From positions 1,236,209 to 1,300,208 of the forward strand of contig RDEW01000011.1 in NCBI GenBank assembly GCA_011109175.1: DNA of 64,000 nt, in the 5' to 3' direction. Source of the DNA: Dicyema japonicum. Lineage: Eukaryota; Animalia; Dicyemida. Both the position numbers and the translations under genes were made by a program. Shown here piece after piece: positions 46,584-59,714 of this stretch. Numbering within the stretch: the stretch's first letter is position 1; every line of letters starts with the position of its first letter. The notes below the pieces were generated by a model. That model searched no databases. It worked only from the letters and a program-made list of their open reading frames with translations, and was not told the origin of the DNA.

Positions 46584-47639
46584 GAGTAATGAAATATGCG
46601 CAAATTAACTATAAATTTATTTTATTAGCACGGCAGGGTCAGATAATTATAAAACCCTTTGACATAAATAATTGCCTCTTATCTATAATTGCAGTTTAGT
46701 AATTAAACAAAATTACAATAAAGGTTGATAGGAGAGGGAAAATATCGCATTCCGGTAAAGATCTAAGCACTCAAACTTGTCCACTTAAGGACCCATTAAA
46801 AACAATTAATAATATTTATGACCCAAAGAACATATAAAAATTAACCCACAGTTAGTACAATTGTACAACCCAGCTTGATATAAGTTCAACTAATACATAC
46901 ATTACTTCGTGGTCTTCAGTTGACTCCATTCTTGGTAAAATCTAAGAAAACACGCAATAATTCTAATTAAAATAGTGATAATGAGCTATTCTAAGCGGGC
47001 TGATTGTTGTGCAATAATATTTTACTAATTTAAATCGATTTTTATGATTCAATAAAAAATTACAAAATAAGACTACTTTCAAAGAAAATAGAAATTTAGC
47101 GATTTTTTCCTATTTATGTTATTTTTGACGCAAAAAGCAATTTTAATTAAGCAATATTTCAAGGAAGTGGAATTATCGATCATTCCCAGAATTGTGAGAC
47201 GCCACGATCAATATTAGAGATTTTGTTGGTTCGGAGATTAGGGAACCCATGGATTATATAATTCGAGATTGTCAATTAAAAGGTATTTGTCGATATTAAG
47301 TAATCAAATCTGGTGAAATCAATGATTTCATAATACAAAAATCGAAATTTCAAGCCTAAGCGGATTTGCTTTCTTAAAAAAGAAAATAAATTGGCTATTC
47401 AAAGTAATTATTACTTCCTTTTATAGATATTTAGTGACTCAAGATTACCACCATTTAATCTAACAAAACATTTCCCACCATCAATTATTTCACGTTTTAT
47501 TAGAATTTTAAATTTAATTATTTTGCATTAAAATAATTTATATGCAAATTTGAAAATTGGGGGATGCTGTGGAATAGTCAGTGTCTGACAACTTATTATA
47601 TTCTTAACGTGATGAACAAAGACAGGATCATGCGCTTTA

Positions 47640-48420
47640 AACCTAATAAAGACATATTAATTGCATCAGATAGTTAGTTACCACCATCTCACTCCTACAA
47701 CCCCTGTACTGTCATTGATGGTCCGGAAGGATTTGATTGGTGAGGGGAGTCAAAACTCTGATCCATCCCAGGGGTGAAAATGTCCGGAGAGGATTTGCGG
47801 TCGGGTTCTTTTGGAAGCTCCATCGATGATTGCTTCTGAATCTGTTTTATTTTCTTGAGTGGAAAGTTTTGATAGACAAAATGATAGGATTGTGATTTGA
47901 TGGGAGATCATATATGATACTCCAGGAATTAAGCGATGAAAGATCAAAAGAGCATAAAGTGAAATATGGAGTAGGCGGTTCTTGTATGTGAATGTGGATT
48001 ATTCAGGACCACGAGGTTGTCCAATCCCGTTGATTCATAAATCTCTCGGGGCTATCGCAGGAGAACAACGGGGGTTCTTTATTTTGAAGTCTCCACAAAC
48101 AACTAGATTCACCATTGATGAAAGCCATGGAATATTCAGTTTATCTCCATTGAGACAACTGGATGGAAGGGGAATGAAAGTATATGCGGATTCATTTATG
48201 ACAATTGGGTTCCATTCAGAAATGTTGCACGTGTAGTGCCCGTTGTGTTGATGAAGGGATGGTATCTCCCACCATTGTCAGCACATCTCCACCGTTTGAA
48301 CCATTTGTTCGGTCATCACTGAAGACTCATCACGTATACAGGAGAATCGTTTAAATCTTGGGGTCGATTTTGAATGAGTTAGACGTGTTTCTTATAAAGA
48401 ACGATGCCCACATTGTTGAA
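47640..48420 (-). mobile_element. Vingi-like EN-only remnant, possibly joined to a 3' end
   Basis: ETRLTHSKSTPRF, GGDVLTM, LVVCGDF, DNLVVLNNP and SNHNPI remnants on the minus strand. Confidence 0.55.
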
Positions 48421-48959
48421 ACATGCTGAGTTCATCCCGTTTACTAGGGATTCTGTTGATATTCGGCTGTAGAATATCGTAGGACAACGAGTATCCTTAT
48501 CGAAATTTTCATACCTCTCAGAATCGACGTCTGTGAACCTAACATGTATCGTTGTAGGGCTATGGTTGACAGGAAGAGGATTCATCCTCTTTCTCGCAGA
48601 AGGAGTGTTGATAGATTTCCCAGACACAATGCTTTTAACGAGATCATCAAACGTGGGTAGAATTATTTGGTTTTCCTTCTAGAGCCCATGAGGCTTGATC
48701 GTGGAGATGAGAAGAGATCCGATAATTTTCTCATTTTCAAGTGGAAGATTTCTCGTTTGAGACGTAACGTGCGTCAACTCGTTTACGGCTTTTCGATTTG
48801 TATTTTCTGGATTTCACTTTGATGACCAGAGATAATTGAAGTACTCAGTTTTTTTTAAAGTATTGATTTATAAGTTAACATATAATGAGCCTGTATGCGG
48901 TGAGTTAGTATGTGTCCTAGACCAGTGGTTCTCAATCTGGGCGGTATATTTATTTAGAA

Positions 48960-50190
48960 CCCCGGGATCACCGAGAAAGAAAGACAGTAAAAACGTTAGA
49001 CAGTTAGGTAATCACAATTCCCGCAATGAATCGAGCCATACAACACATGTGGTCTCCTATTGTTCACACTATATCCCTGCTTTTTAACCAATCGACTTTC
49101 TTTTGCCTAGGAAAAAGACAGGCCAAGCGAGTTTCCATTCTCCCTACAGACCTGAGGAATCCGGATCCACGACTACGGGTCATAGCTTCCGTGAGAAAGG
49201 GATCAACCATTGATTTAGAATGAGGGTCCATTATATAGTTTTTCGGTATATTGAATTGAGTCAGTGGAGAGTAGTCTTTGATAATACGAATTTCCACGCC
49301 ACTGTTGCAACAGAAACATCCAAATTAAAAGGAGTCCTCCGTACAAGCCCGCGTACAACGTTCAACTTCTGCAGGCCTCTTACCGTAAGAGTTGAAATTC
49401 AACAGGTTGTCGAGGATTAATCCAAGAATTTAAGGAGACCTTGTTACTGGAATCTGAACAAGACCAATGAAAATTCTTGGATCTGCTTTTGAATGACTAT
49501 CTGAAGTGAAAAGCGTATATATTGATTTTTCGGCAAAAATCGTTGGTCGGGCAGTCAACCAATCGTAGACGGTGTTCACTCTCGCCTGAGCATGCAACTT
49601 GCGTCGATTTCGTGTAGCGGTTGCAACTTGCGTCGATTTCGTGTAGCAATTATTAAGTCGTCTGCGTAGAATAATAACAAAAAAATTTCGTCCCCATAAT
49701 TTGGTTAGTCGTGGAAGACAAGATTGAAAAGGGTTGGAGAAAGCGGAGAACCTTGGGGTACTCTGTTAGGCAGTAATCGTGATCTTGATCTAAGATGACC
49801 GCAGACGACTTTCCCACGTCACCCAGAGAGAAAGTTGGCCAACCACAGCTTTAGGTTTGGAGGAACTTTTAAATCTTCCCAAAAAGCTTCCTCGAGACTG
49901 TGTCGGAAGCCTTGTTTATGTCGATGGTGACCACTGTGGTTCGCATGTGTGGTGGGGTGGCATTAAATCCATCGGCAATGAATTGGAATAGTGTGGTTGA
50001 ATGAGTAGTGGTGGACCTTCCAGCACAAAAACTGTGTTGGAAAGCCGCTTGAAGAAGGTCCAGAGTAATAGCTCATTGTACCAGTTTTCAGGAAGTTTTG
50101 ATAACGTGCTGGCTAGGGGGATCAGCCTTTATGAAGCAGGTTCTCCCTCTGATTTTCCAGCCTTAAAACATTTCTTCCAAATCTTGGGAA
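48960..50190 (-). mobile_element. Degenerate Ingi/Vingi-like RT region
   Basis: FQHSFCAGRSTTTH...IADGFNATPPHMRTTVVTIDINKASDTV and KFLGLILDN. Confidence 0.75.
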
Positions 50191-50239
50191 TAATATTTTA
50201 GTAGTGTCCTAGCGGTTTTCAACCCGGGCGATGAGTTAT

Positions 50240-51530
50240 TTATTTAACCCAAGACCACGGTAAAACCAAACTAATTATCACGTGATCCCGATGCATTTTA
50301 ATAGCGACCTCATCTTTGCTCGGTGTTCTTCCCTCGTGCCTGCGCATGAACGTACAAATTTTTCAGGGCCACATTTCCGTGATCTGTAGTCTAGTCTCAT
50401 AAGGTCCTCCAGAGGCGTCGGTCCGGTTCGGTGATCTTCACAAATCCAACGTTCCGTTACTCTATAAGTCCTCTTTTGAATTTCCTCGATTTTTCTCATA
50501 TTTATCCAAGAAATGAACGGTCCCCACGAGGCGAAACATGGCTCNGTCGGTCCGGTTCGTTGATCTTCACAAATCCAACGTTCCGTTACTCTAAAAGCCC
50601 TCTTTTGAATTTCCTCGATTTTCCTCATATTTGTCCAAGAAATGAACGGTCCCCACGAGGCGAAACATGGCTCGATGTACTGTTTGTACACGTTCATCAA
50701 GACTGGGTGAGTACCACTCTTCCATATTCCCGATAAACTTTTCAATACGTTCAGTTTCTTCTCGCATTTCAATAGAATGTTTTCTACGTGTGGTGTCAGA
50801 GATGCACATCAAGTGTCACACCTAATATCCTTTGACATCTGTTGAAAGGGATGCCGACCTTGTTTAACTTCAAGGTGACTGTCTTTTTTCCCAATCTTTT
50901 TTCAGAGGTAAATAGTGACGTAGACGACTTCTCTGCATTCACCACGAGCCGGTTTTCATTATCCAGGCATTAAGCCTCGGTCCAGGTTAATTTGCATTCT
51001 TTCTTTGGCCTTCTGGATGTCCCGATCTCGCGGAGCCAACACAATATCATCCGGATAGGAAAGTAAAACATCATTATCAGATTTAAGAGTCTGATATCGG
51101 GCCAGAAAGAGGTTAAACAGAACAGAGGATAAAAGAAATCTTGATGGTTGGGGAAGAGACGTGAGATTGATTTCAGTCCTCCGAGGCATACACTACTTAG
51201 GAAATTGGTGATCCAAAGCTTGAGCTACTCTGGGATCTCCGATTGAAATATATTTTCGATAGAATCTTCCTGTAGACTGAGTCAAAAGCTTTGTGTATGT
51301 CAATAGAGCAAAGCACTGTTTTTAAGTGTCTCGGCTTGGTTGTAAATCCGACTCAAATGAATTTGGTCAATGTTTGCAAGTATGTAGACTTGGATCTTTC
51401 ATTTTTGAATCCACGTTGAAAATGTCTCTCTGGTAAAAATTCTTTTATTCTCCAGAGCACAAGCCTCTCCAAGATTTTTGACATGGAACATAGTAGTGAC
51501 ACCGGTCTAAAAGACGCTGAGTCATCTCTT
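50240..51530 (-). mobile_element. Vingi-like LINE, RT to 3' end, degenerate
   Basis: SSVLFNLFL, LLSYPDDIV, YKQYIEPC, HRAKMRSLLKCIGIT*, plus the conserved 3' UTR. Confidence 0.85.
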
Positions 51531-51569
51531 GATCTTCCAGGTTTCAGTATTGGCCGTATTAGTGCCTGT

Positions 51570-54445
51570 TTTTATAATAATGTGTCGCGAGCACTGAGAG
51601 CAGTGTTTCCCAACCTGGGTTCCGCGATGTTTTTTTATTCTTTTTTAAAAGAATGATTTTTCAAAACAAATTAATTTAATTTGCACGTGTCTAAATGGAA
51701 TCTTGTGACAGTGCATATCTTAAAGTTCGATCATATCGAGAAAGTTATATTACCCTCGGTTTCACATGAACTGGGTCATGAATTGCCCTCTACTACTTTG
51801 TGTTGATTGCGGTGAAAAACTTGCGAATAGTGCTATGGCTCCAACGAAACGTAGACGTCATTTCTACACCAAGCACACTGAACCTTCAAAGAAAAAAACG
51901 AATATTTTATGCGGAAATTGGACCAGAATAAAGTTCAAGCATTCCGTTTCACAAAAAATTCAAAATAAAAGAAAAATCACTGCATGTTAGTTATGCTGTT
52001 GCTGAGATTGCCGCTAAAAATGTGAAATCACATACTCTCGCCGAAACTGTTATTTTGCCTGCATGCAAAAAAGTAGTGAAGTTAATGTTGGAGAAATTGC
52101 TGCCGTGAGCTCGACTTAATTCCTATTTCAATTTTCTGTGAGCAGACGCATCAACGATATTCTGATGACATTGAAACCAATTTGATTCGGCGAATAAAAA
52201 AATCTGTGTTTTTGCGGTTTAAATGGATGAAAGCTCAGATATTACAGGAAGAATGGAACTCCTTGTTTTCGTTCGATACATGAATGATGAATCCATTGTT
52301 GAAGGTTTTCTTTGCTGCAAAGAGTTGCTCGAGCAACAAAGGGATATGACATTTTCAATCTTATAATTTCATATTTTGAGGATATAAAGTTGGATTGGAA
52401 TGCATGTGTGGGTATCTGCACTGATGGTGCTCGGCAATGACTGGGAATTTAAAGGCTTTGTCTATTGCGATAAATAAGAATCCGAACATGATTCACACAC
52501 ATTGTTTTTTTTACCGCAAGGCATTGGGCGCAAAAACTATTGGCATGAACTTAAATGTGCTTTGGACACGGTTGTAAAAATAATTAATTACAAAAAATTG
52601 AAGCCATTCAAATTGCGACAGTTCTCGAAACTTAGTGAAAATGCAGAACATTCAGTTTTGATTTTGCATACTGAAGTAAGATGGCTCTCAAAGGGAAACA
52701 TGTTAATTTTTCTATGAACTAAGACACGAATTGTTGGCTTTTTGTATACAAGAGAAGTTGGATGACTTTATTGAATGCCTCAATGATGACCGTTGTGCTG
52801 CAAATTACATACCTCGCCGATATTTTTAATGAACTCAATGTTCTCAATAGCAGCATTCAAGGAAGAAATGAAAATCTATTGAGTTGCGCGGACAAAATAG
52901 CTGCTTTTCTGAAAAACTACAAATAGAAACGAAATATCACGAATGGAAACTTGGAAATGTTCCCTCATGTACAAGAAAGAAATTGTTCCACTAATTATTG
53001 ATCATTTGGAGTCATTATTTATAAGTTCTAAGAATTATTTTCCACCATATCAGTTGAAATCTATGATTGGGTGAGGAATCCATTTGTTGAGTACGAAATA
53101 ACTGGAAACGAGCTATTATTAAAAGAGGAAGAACTTGCGTTTATTTCAAGAGACAGAAGATTAAAAATGAAATATTTAAAGAGTAATATTGATTCGTTTT
53201 GGCTGATTGTCAAAAAGAATCCTATTATGGAAAACAAAGCTTTAAGAGATTTGGTTCAGTTTTCAACGACTTTTCTCTGTGAAAGTGGATTTTCTGCATT
53301 AACAAATATAAATCATAAAAAACGCGCCAACCTACTTTATTAAAAGAACACCTGCGTTTATTGTCAAGGACAAAGCCTAATATTTCAGAGCTATACAAGA
53401 GACATCAGCCTCAACCATCTCACTAACTAGCATTTTATGTTTTTTATATCAGTAAAATACTGATAATTGTTAAAAACTATATAAGGGTTCCGCATAAGAT
53501 GAAAAATGTCGATAGGGTTCCGTGCTCAAAAAGGTTGACTGAGAGTGTCAGGTGATCCTGGCCCCCTTGAGCAGCCGCCTCATCTATCCTTGACGTTCCT
53601 CCAGAATGCCGACGCACTTCCTGTATGGACGAATTACTTTTCGGAAGTTTTGGGATTTTGGCTGAGCTCCCGTTTTCCTCACGAGTTCCTCGAACGGGGT
53701 TGGTTTTGATGACGAGGAGAATAAGCCCTTTGTAATTGTAGCTGCTAGGAATTCTCCCCACGTTAGCCTCTCTTTTGATCTTCACAAATGGATTATGGTC
53801 GCTTCTTGTTTCTTAGAAGACTGACCAATCAATTTTTGATGAAAAAAGAATGTTACGTCCGGTGAGGTAGGCTTATCTGTCTCTCAGTGGTGTCCTTGTA
53901 TTTACGATGGATCATTCAATATCGTTAGGGAGTCTGTTTGAAATAACAATGGTTTCCCTCTCATGTCAGGTAGGTGAATTGATAGCCACAAAGGATGCTT
54001 CGCATTCAGATCCCCGCAGATGATCTCATCGAAGGAAGACAGTCTTGATAGGTTTGGCATAACATAGCTCTTCGGACAGAAACCAGAGGCGGAACGTAGA
54101 TATTCACAAGAGATAGTCTTCCTTTCGTTGTCCCGAGCGAGATTCCAATTATTTCGGTTACCTCATCATCCCAACAAGTTTCCTCAATTACAAGGAGATG
54201 TCTCTGCATTTCAATTTCTTTTTGAATAGAGTGAGCAGACCTCCACCTCTTTTTTCTTTACGGTTTTTCCTGATAGCCTTGTATCCTTGGAATGTAAGGG
54301 TAAAGCAATTAAAGTGAGTTAGTTTGATCTTCTGACTAGCCAAGAGTGAGCAGAGTTCCTGGTTTTCCCTTTTAATTCCAATTTATGTTTGGCTGGAGAG
54401 CAGTAAAGTACTTTTCTCTTCGATGGGCTGAGGATTTCCTCCGGG
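51570..54445 (-). mobile_element. Internally deleted Vingi-like element (EN joined to 3' end), with its 3' UTR split by the hAT
   Basis: EN motifs at 53790-54430 (RGGGLLTLFKKEI, VNIYVPP, CGDLNAKHP), then MRRLLKGARIT* ending near 53549. Removing the hAT gives ...ATCACCTGACA CTCTCAGT GCTCGCGACACATTATTATA. Confidence 0.75.
51601..53537 (+). mobile_element. hAT (Buster/ZBED5-8-like) transposon, disrupted, 8-bp TSD ACTGAGAG
   Basis: Left TIR CAGTGTTTCCCAACC; right end AAGGTTG with its terminal bases missing. ACTGAGAG at 51593-51600 and 53538-53545. BED-like LCVDCGEKLANSAM, DES, CTDGA, LHTEVRWLSKG, FSTTFLCESGFSAL. Confidence 0.92.
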
Positions 54446-54589
54446 AAGGTTCGATCTTACGAGAAGTGCATCGCCTGGGGGCGATAATGTCCCTTGAGGA
54501 TTTTGTCATTAATAAAAAAATTTATGTGAATAATTCAATTTAAACCCACTTCATTTAACCGACAATTTTTTATTTATTAACCTATGAAA

Positions 54590-56950
54590 AGATAATAATA
54601 ATAATAATAACCTTCCTCGCCTGCCTGTTCGCCAGCCTCCTCAGGCAGGTTCGATTCTGGTTGCTGAAACAACTCCGAGAGCGCCTTGTCCAATTGAACC
54701 CTCTGCCCATATGGCATCTCAGGGCTCTGCCTCCTATACTCCAGTGTCAGGCTCTCTAGGGTCCGCTTTAACACAGTAGACTGTAGATAGGCCTGGAGCT
54801 TCCTATCTACCCCCAACTGCTTCAGATAACCCTTGTGGTACTTTGTGCAATTCCTTCCCACGTCATTACTATAGGAATAACGAGGACCTTGCAACCAAGC
54901 ATATGCCCATCTCGTTTGCAAGAAAGTCATACTTCCTTTTTTTCTCCACCTCCACAGTCTGCAAACGGTTTTGAGACGTGATGATAACTTCTATGATAAG
55001 GACTTGGCCAGACTCCTTATCGTGTACCACAATGTTCGGTTTATTGTGCTTGACTAGCACCGAGGTACGGATAACACTGTCTGCATGTACAGCGCCTCCG
55101 ATCGAGGTGAGTTGTCACCGTATTTCAGCCATATTGTCGACGACTTAAGGTCGACATGTGGGTTGTCTAATGCTCTGAAGAAGACCTTATGAAGGATTTT
55201 TAAGTTGATCTTTTCCATCAAATTATTATATTGTAATTCGATCAACGCCTTCACATTTACTAGCCCACCATCATCAACACCATACTTAGCAAACAAAAAA
55301 GGTCTGATAGTGCCTAGGTGGGTTGCCCGTGTTTTCTCGGTCGTTATTATGGCGTGCTTCCTAGCAGACACACTTGACCCAGCTATCAGGGTGTCTTGCA
55401 TTCGCATTAGGATACGCTCACTTAGTTGAATTATTCCACACAGTCCACGGCCGAATTTATCACGGGGTAAATATAGTCTCTCCTTATTGGCTGCCAGCAC
55501 ATGGACATGGTTCTCTCTGAGTACTCCACGGATCATAACATCCATCTCATCATACTCTTTGGGCTCAAACTCCACAACACCTATGTAGTAGTTTAGCTAC
55601 TCATTTAATGCTAGGAACAAATTCCTTGCATTTAGAGACGTCTTACACAATAACGCTGCTCTTTTACGGATGCCTTCAGTAATTTGTCGCTTTGTCTCAG
55701 GCATTATAAGGGACTTTGGAGTTTCGGTAACACCCAGATACTTATATCCTTCGTGTTCCTCTAGGACTCTTACTAACTCGCTACATACTTGCGTGTTAGT
55801 CGCAGACTTTGAATAATTCAAATCTAGTCCTATACTCTCAAAGAATTCCCTGGCACAGACCCCCATGGAGTAGAGCTCCTCGGCTGTTCGAGCATACATC
55901 TTCAGGTCATCGATAAAAAGAAGGTGATTTGTACTGAAACAAACCCCCTCACAATGAACTGGTATTTGCTCAAACCGGTCATTGAGGCGGCGACTCAATG
56001 GCTCCAAACAGAGAACAAAGAGCAGCGGAGACATGCTATCCCCCTGAAGGATCCCCCTCCTGAGTTTTACCTCGCCTATCCGGTGCCTATTATAGTTCAG
56101 ATGAATACTCCACCTATTCATCACAGCCACTACAAAGCTGATGAACCACACAGACATACACAGACTGTGTAGGCACTCGACAAGGTAAGAATGATCAACT
56201 GAATCGTAAGCCTTCTTCACATCCACCCACATAGAAAAAAGTGAGTTTCCGTGAGACACAGAAAGGCATTTGTTGATCAAGGCCTGCTCTTTTGCCCCCT
56301 GACAATTTCGCACAGTACCCAACTGATTCTCAGAGAGAATCCCATTAGCTTCTACAAAGTTCAGGCAAATACTTTTCTTGAACGAATTAAAGGACTCGAG
56401 TACGTGCGGAGACACAACGAATTTGTAAACATCTCCATCTATACAGAGTATATGGAATCAAAAAGGCTATAAAGTAGAAGTGAGATTCAGTTTTGTAAAC
56501 TCTACCATCGTAGAATATTAAGATAAGAGTCAATATTTGCCTGAACTTTACGTAAGGAATTTATCAGTATAACGAATCGTTTTCAATTGGTCCTCTAGCT
56601 TTATTCGTTTTTGTATCCTAATTATAGTCGGGTCCTCAAAGGTAAAGTTAATTAGTGGAAAATATGCCATTTAGTAGCATTTCTATTTTGTTGTAAGGGC
56701 AGTCTATACATGGGTGAAATGGCATCAGGCACATCCTACTCTTTTCTTATATTTCCCAGCTGCTTCATTAATAACGTTCTTTATTTGGTCTCGGGATCTC
56801 TTGGTGAGGCCGATACATCCAGTAGATGAGTATCAATATATTCTTGGTAGCTCTCTATAGTCTCTGGTTGGTAATCTAGCTTTTCACTTAGAAAATGATT
56901 TCTTATATTTTTCAAGTTTGTTATTCTTAGTATTTTTAAATTTAATACAA
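54590..56950 (-). mobile_element. R4/Dong-like RLE-type non-LTR retrotransposon, 5' truncated and disrupted
   Basis: ENQLG, DVKKAYDSVDH, RRGILQGDSMSPLLF, HLLFIDDLK, YKYLG, LYLPRDKFGRGL, HNKPNIVV...IIEV..EKKRKY; (ATT)n tail near 54592-54610. Confidence 0.88.
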
Positions 56951-57041
56951 TGTTTCCTTAGGAAAAATGTACCACCATGTGGTTACTGCTAGTTGTCTAG
57001 CCTTATTATGTCACTGCGATGTTGATGACTCTGCGCTAGAC

Positions 57042-57245
57042 CAGCCATGCCAAAAGGGGAGCAAGTGGTCCCTTTTTGGGAGCCACAGAACTTTTTAGAG
57101 CTTCATCTAATATTCGAGATACGCCATTTTGCTTATAAATTAACAAATGAAAGCATGAGGCCGATATATTTTATTTGGCTGATATTTTCGAGAAATTAAA
57201 CAAACTAAAGATTTTACAAGGAAAAAATATCGATCATATTCATTG
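57042..57245 (+). mobile_element. Short hAT remnant (left end plus transposase piece)
   Basis: CGCTAGAC (nnnTAnnn) followed by CAGCCATGCCAAA; LADIFEKLNKLKILQGKN. Confidence 0.5.
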
Positions 57246-57698
57246 CAAGGAGGCTATTATAAGTCGACTCGTTGTATAAGTTGACCCCCCAAAATTCGAC
57301 GGAAATTACGATTTTATGATATATCCTTTTCATACGCCATTTTGAATACTATTTACTTTGTAACTCTGTGATATTACGCGCCAAGAGAGACTAACAAAAA
57401 TTAACACTTTTAGAAAGTGATTTATTTTTAGTTAAGAAACAATAAATTAGAATTATAAAATGGTTTCATAGAGTTCAAAATGCGTCTTCATTGTCACTAT
57501 TTCCAAAAAGCTCGTTCCATTCATTTTCGTTTAGTCTGTCGTCATAAAGGGCATCTTCTTGATCTTCTTTATCCTTAGTTTCTTCTTTTTATTGCCAGAT
57601 AAGGTCTCTTGTCCAATCGAGAGCGTTGGAAAATGCAGCATTTCTTAAAGGAGCGTTCCACATTAGAGAGCGACACATCATCCCACGACTGTTTAATC

Positions 57699-58964
57699 CA
57701 GAGCTTTTCAAAAAATATTTCTCGCGGCACACTAATCATAAAAAAATAATCCACGGCACACATTAAAAAATAAAAAAATTAAATTTTTAAGATGTGTAAA
57801 ACTAAGTACAAAAATTGGTAATTTAATGCCCAAATTTTTATTAATAAAAAAATGAATTCTTAATTATTATTGTTTTTGCATATATCTTCAATGTCAGGTC
57901 GAATGGTTGACAAAGACATCCGCATTTCAGCACAAATCCGACGAGAAACAGTATTATCTGAAAAAAGTATCTTCATTATTTTTTGTTCATATTTATGACC
58001 AAACATAGTCCGAGCAATAATACGACAAGCAGGGATTATCAAGTTTTCGCCAATAATGTGAGGTTTTAGTTGTTTTGCTATCAATTCTGAGATCAGGTAT
58101 GAACATTTCAATGATTCCTTTGTGTTTAAAAAAGTTTCACTGAACATCATTTGACTAGATCTACGATTCATAGTAAAAACTAAATAATACTTAAGTTGTT
58201 TTTTCAAATGGATAAAATGATCCACAGATTTTTCGGAATAGTCCGGATGCTTGGAAATAAAATGTCTCTTTAGTTTGCTAGGAACCATAGCATCATTTGC
58301 CAAAACTTCCATGCAAATTAGACATTGAGGTAGTTTATTTTTATCTTTGCATATAAATCCAAATGACAAATAAGAATCTTTAAAAGAACGACGAACTGAT
58401 TTACCCATAAGCAAGTTGATGCGCACTTTATTAAAAAATTAATAAATAATGGTTAACCAATGTAATAATCATTGTCAACCAATAATAATATAATAATAAT
58501 AACAGCCTTTTTCACAGAGACGTGGTATTAGCTCCGCATAGGCAGGACACACAAATTATTTAATTAAAGAACAGTTAATTTTAACTAATCGTAGAACCAA
58601 GGAATGATCTTCACTTGTTTTTTTTCTTTTTATTATGTGTGGGTCCTTTCTAGACAATCCAGTTCCTCAGTGAGAGCCCACAGATGACGGCGTCACTCGT
58701 CAAGCCTTTTTAGCATCGTAGATGCGTGGAACCTTCCACCAGGTGAACAGCAGCGAGATTCGAACCCGTGACATAAGCCACTTTAGCCCGACACCTAACC
58801 ACTAAGCCACCCAGCCAATGTAAATGTCATTTAATGTATAATAAAAAAAATGATTATTTTAATTTGAGTAATTCGTTTATCTTTTTAAATTAATTTGGTC
58901 AAAAATGTATATAAATTTATTCAAATTTGTATTTGGCAGGCGGCACACCGTTTGACAACCTCTG
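57699..58964 (-). mobile_element. Buster-type hAT, internally deleted, 8-bp TSD GTTTAATC
   Basis: TIRs CAGAGCTTTTCAAA / CAGAGGTTGTCAAA. GTTTAATC at 57691-57698 and 58965-58972. ORF 57860-58426 has YLSFGF, PQCLICMEVLANDAMVPSKLKRHF and KPHIIGENLIIPAC. Confidence 0.93.
58618..58816 (-). mobile_element. tRNA-derived SINE
   Basis: 5' GGCTGGGTGGCTTAGTGG (A box) and GGGTTCGAATC (B box), about 130 bp of non-tRNA body, and an A-rich tail. Located inside the hAT. Confidence 0.8.
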
Positions 58965-59714
58965 GTTTAATCCATACTGTTGTTATTTCCAACGAAGGTG
59001 CTTTAATGGCTCTTTAGTAAACTGCTTCTCGCCTTCTATCATCCAATTACTCCAATTTCCTCTCAATCTGTCTTGAACGGCTTGTTCAAAGAAACATCAA
59101 GTGGCTGCAAAACACTTGTTAGTCCACCAGGAACAACAGCGACATCAGTGTTGCTGCATTAAAGTTTTTTTGACGGAGTCCACTAAATGGGCTTTGAAAG
59201 AATCCCATACGAGAAGACTTTTCTTCTTTAACATTCCTCCAGGTCGAGAGTTTTATACTTTTTCTATCCATATCTTCCCTCCTCATCCATCCTTTTGGAT
59301 GATTGTAAATTACTTCACCGAATGGGAACCGTCCTTTCGGTAGAGTTTTTCTCTTAAAAACGACCATTTGCTTCAGCTTTGTACCGTCAGCTAAGCAGGA
59401 ACGAACAACAGTGAATCTATAGTTTTCGTGGCCTGTTGTTCTCAGAGAACTCTAACTGGCTAATAACTTTTTGTGAAGAGTGTACTAATCACCATCACAT
59501 TTGAATCGATAAATACGAAGTTGAATTTCATGAATCGGTGTATAAGTCGAGGTCGATTTTTTTGATCGAAAAAGGTCGACTTACACCGGCAAATACGGTA
59601 AGTCATTTCCAACAAACTTGAACTTTATTGTATTAATATTGAACGTAGAGTTATCACAATTTCATAATTTATCGAAAATACAAAATACTCTTAAGGAAGA
59701 GGATTTATAAGTTT

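Larger units (their letters stand above)
57257..59598 (-). mobile_element. pogo (POGK-like) transposon, internally deleted, split by a hAT
   Basis: Terminus TA|CCGTATTTGCCGGTGTAAGTCGAC at 59600-59575; TATAAGTCGAC repeats near 57257. TTGHEN..FTVV..CLADGTKL, HPKGWM, PGGLTSVLQPLDV. Removing the hAT rejoins APSLEITTVWIKQSWDDV. Confidence 0.85.

Noticed and set aside
58740-58816. Functional tRNA gene
   Set aside because: The acceptor stem does not close, and the sequence continues into a body and A-rich tail, so it is a SINE.
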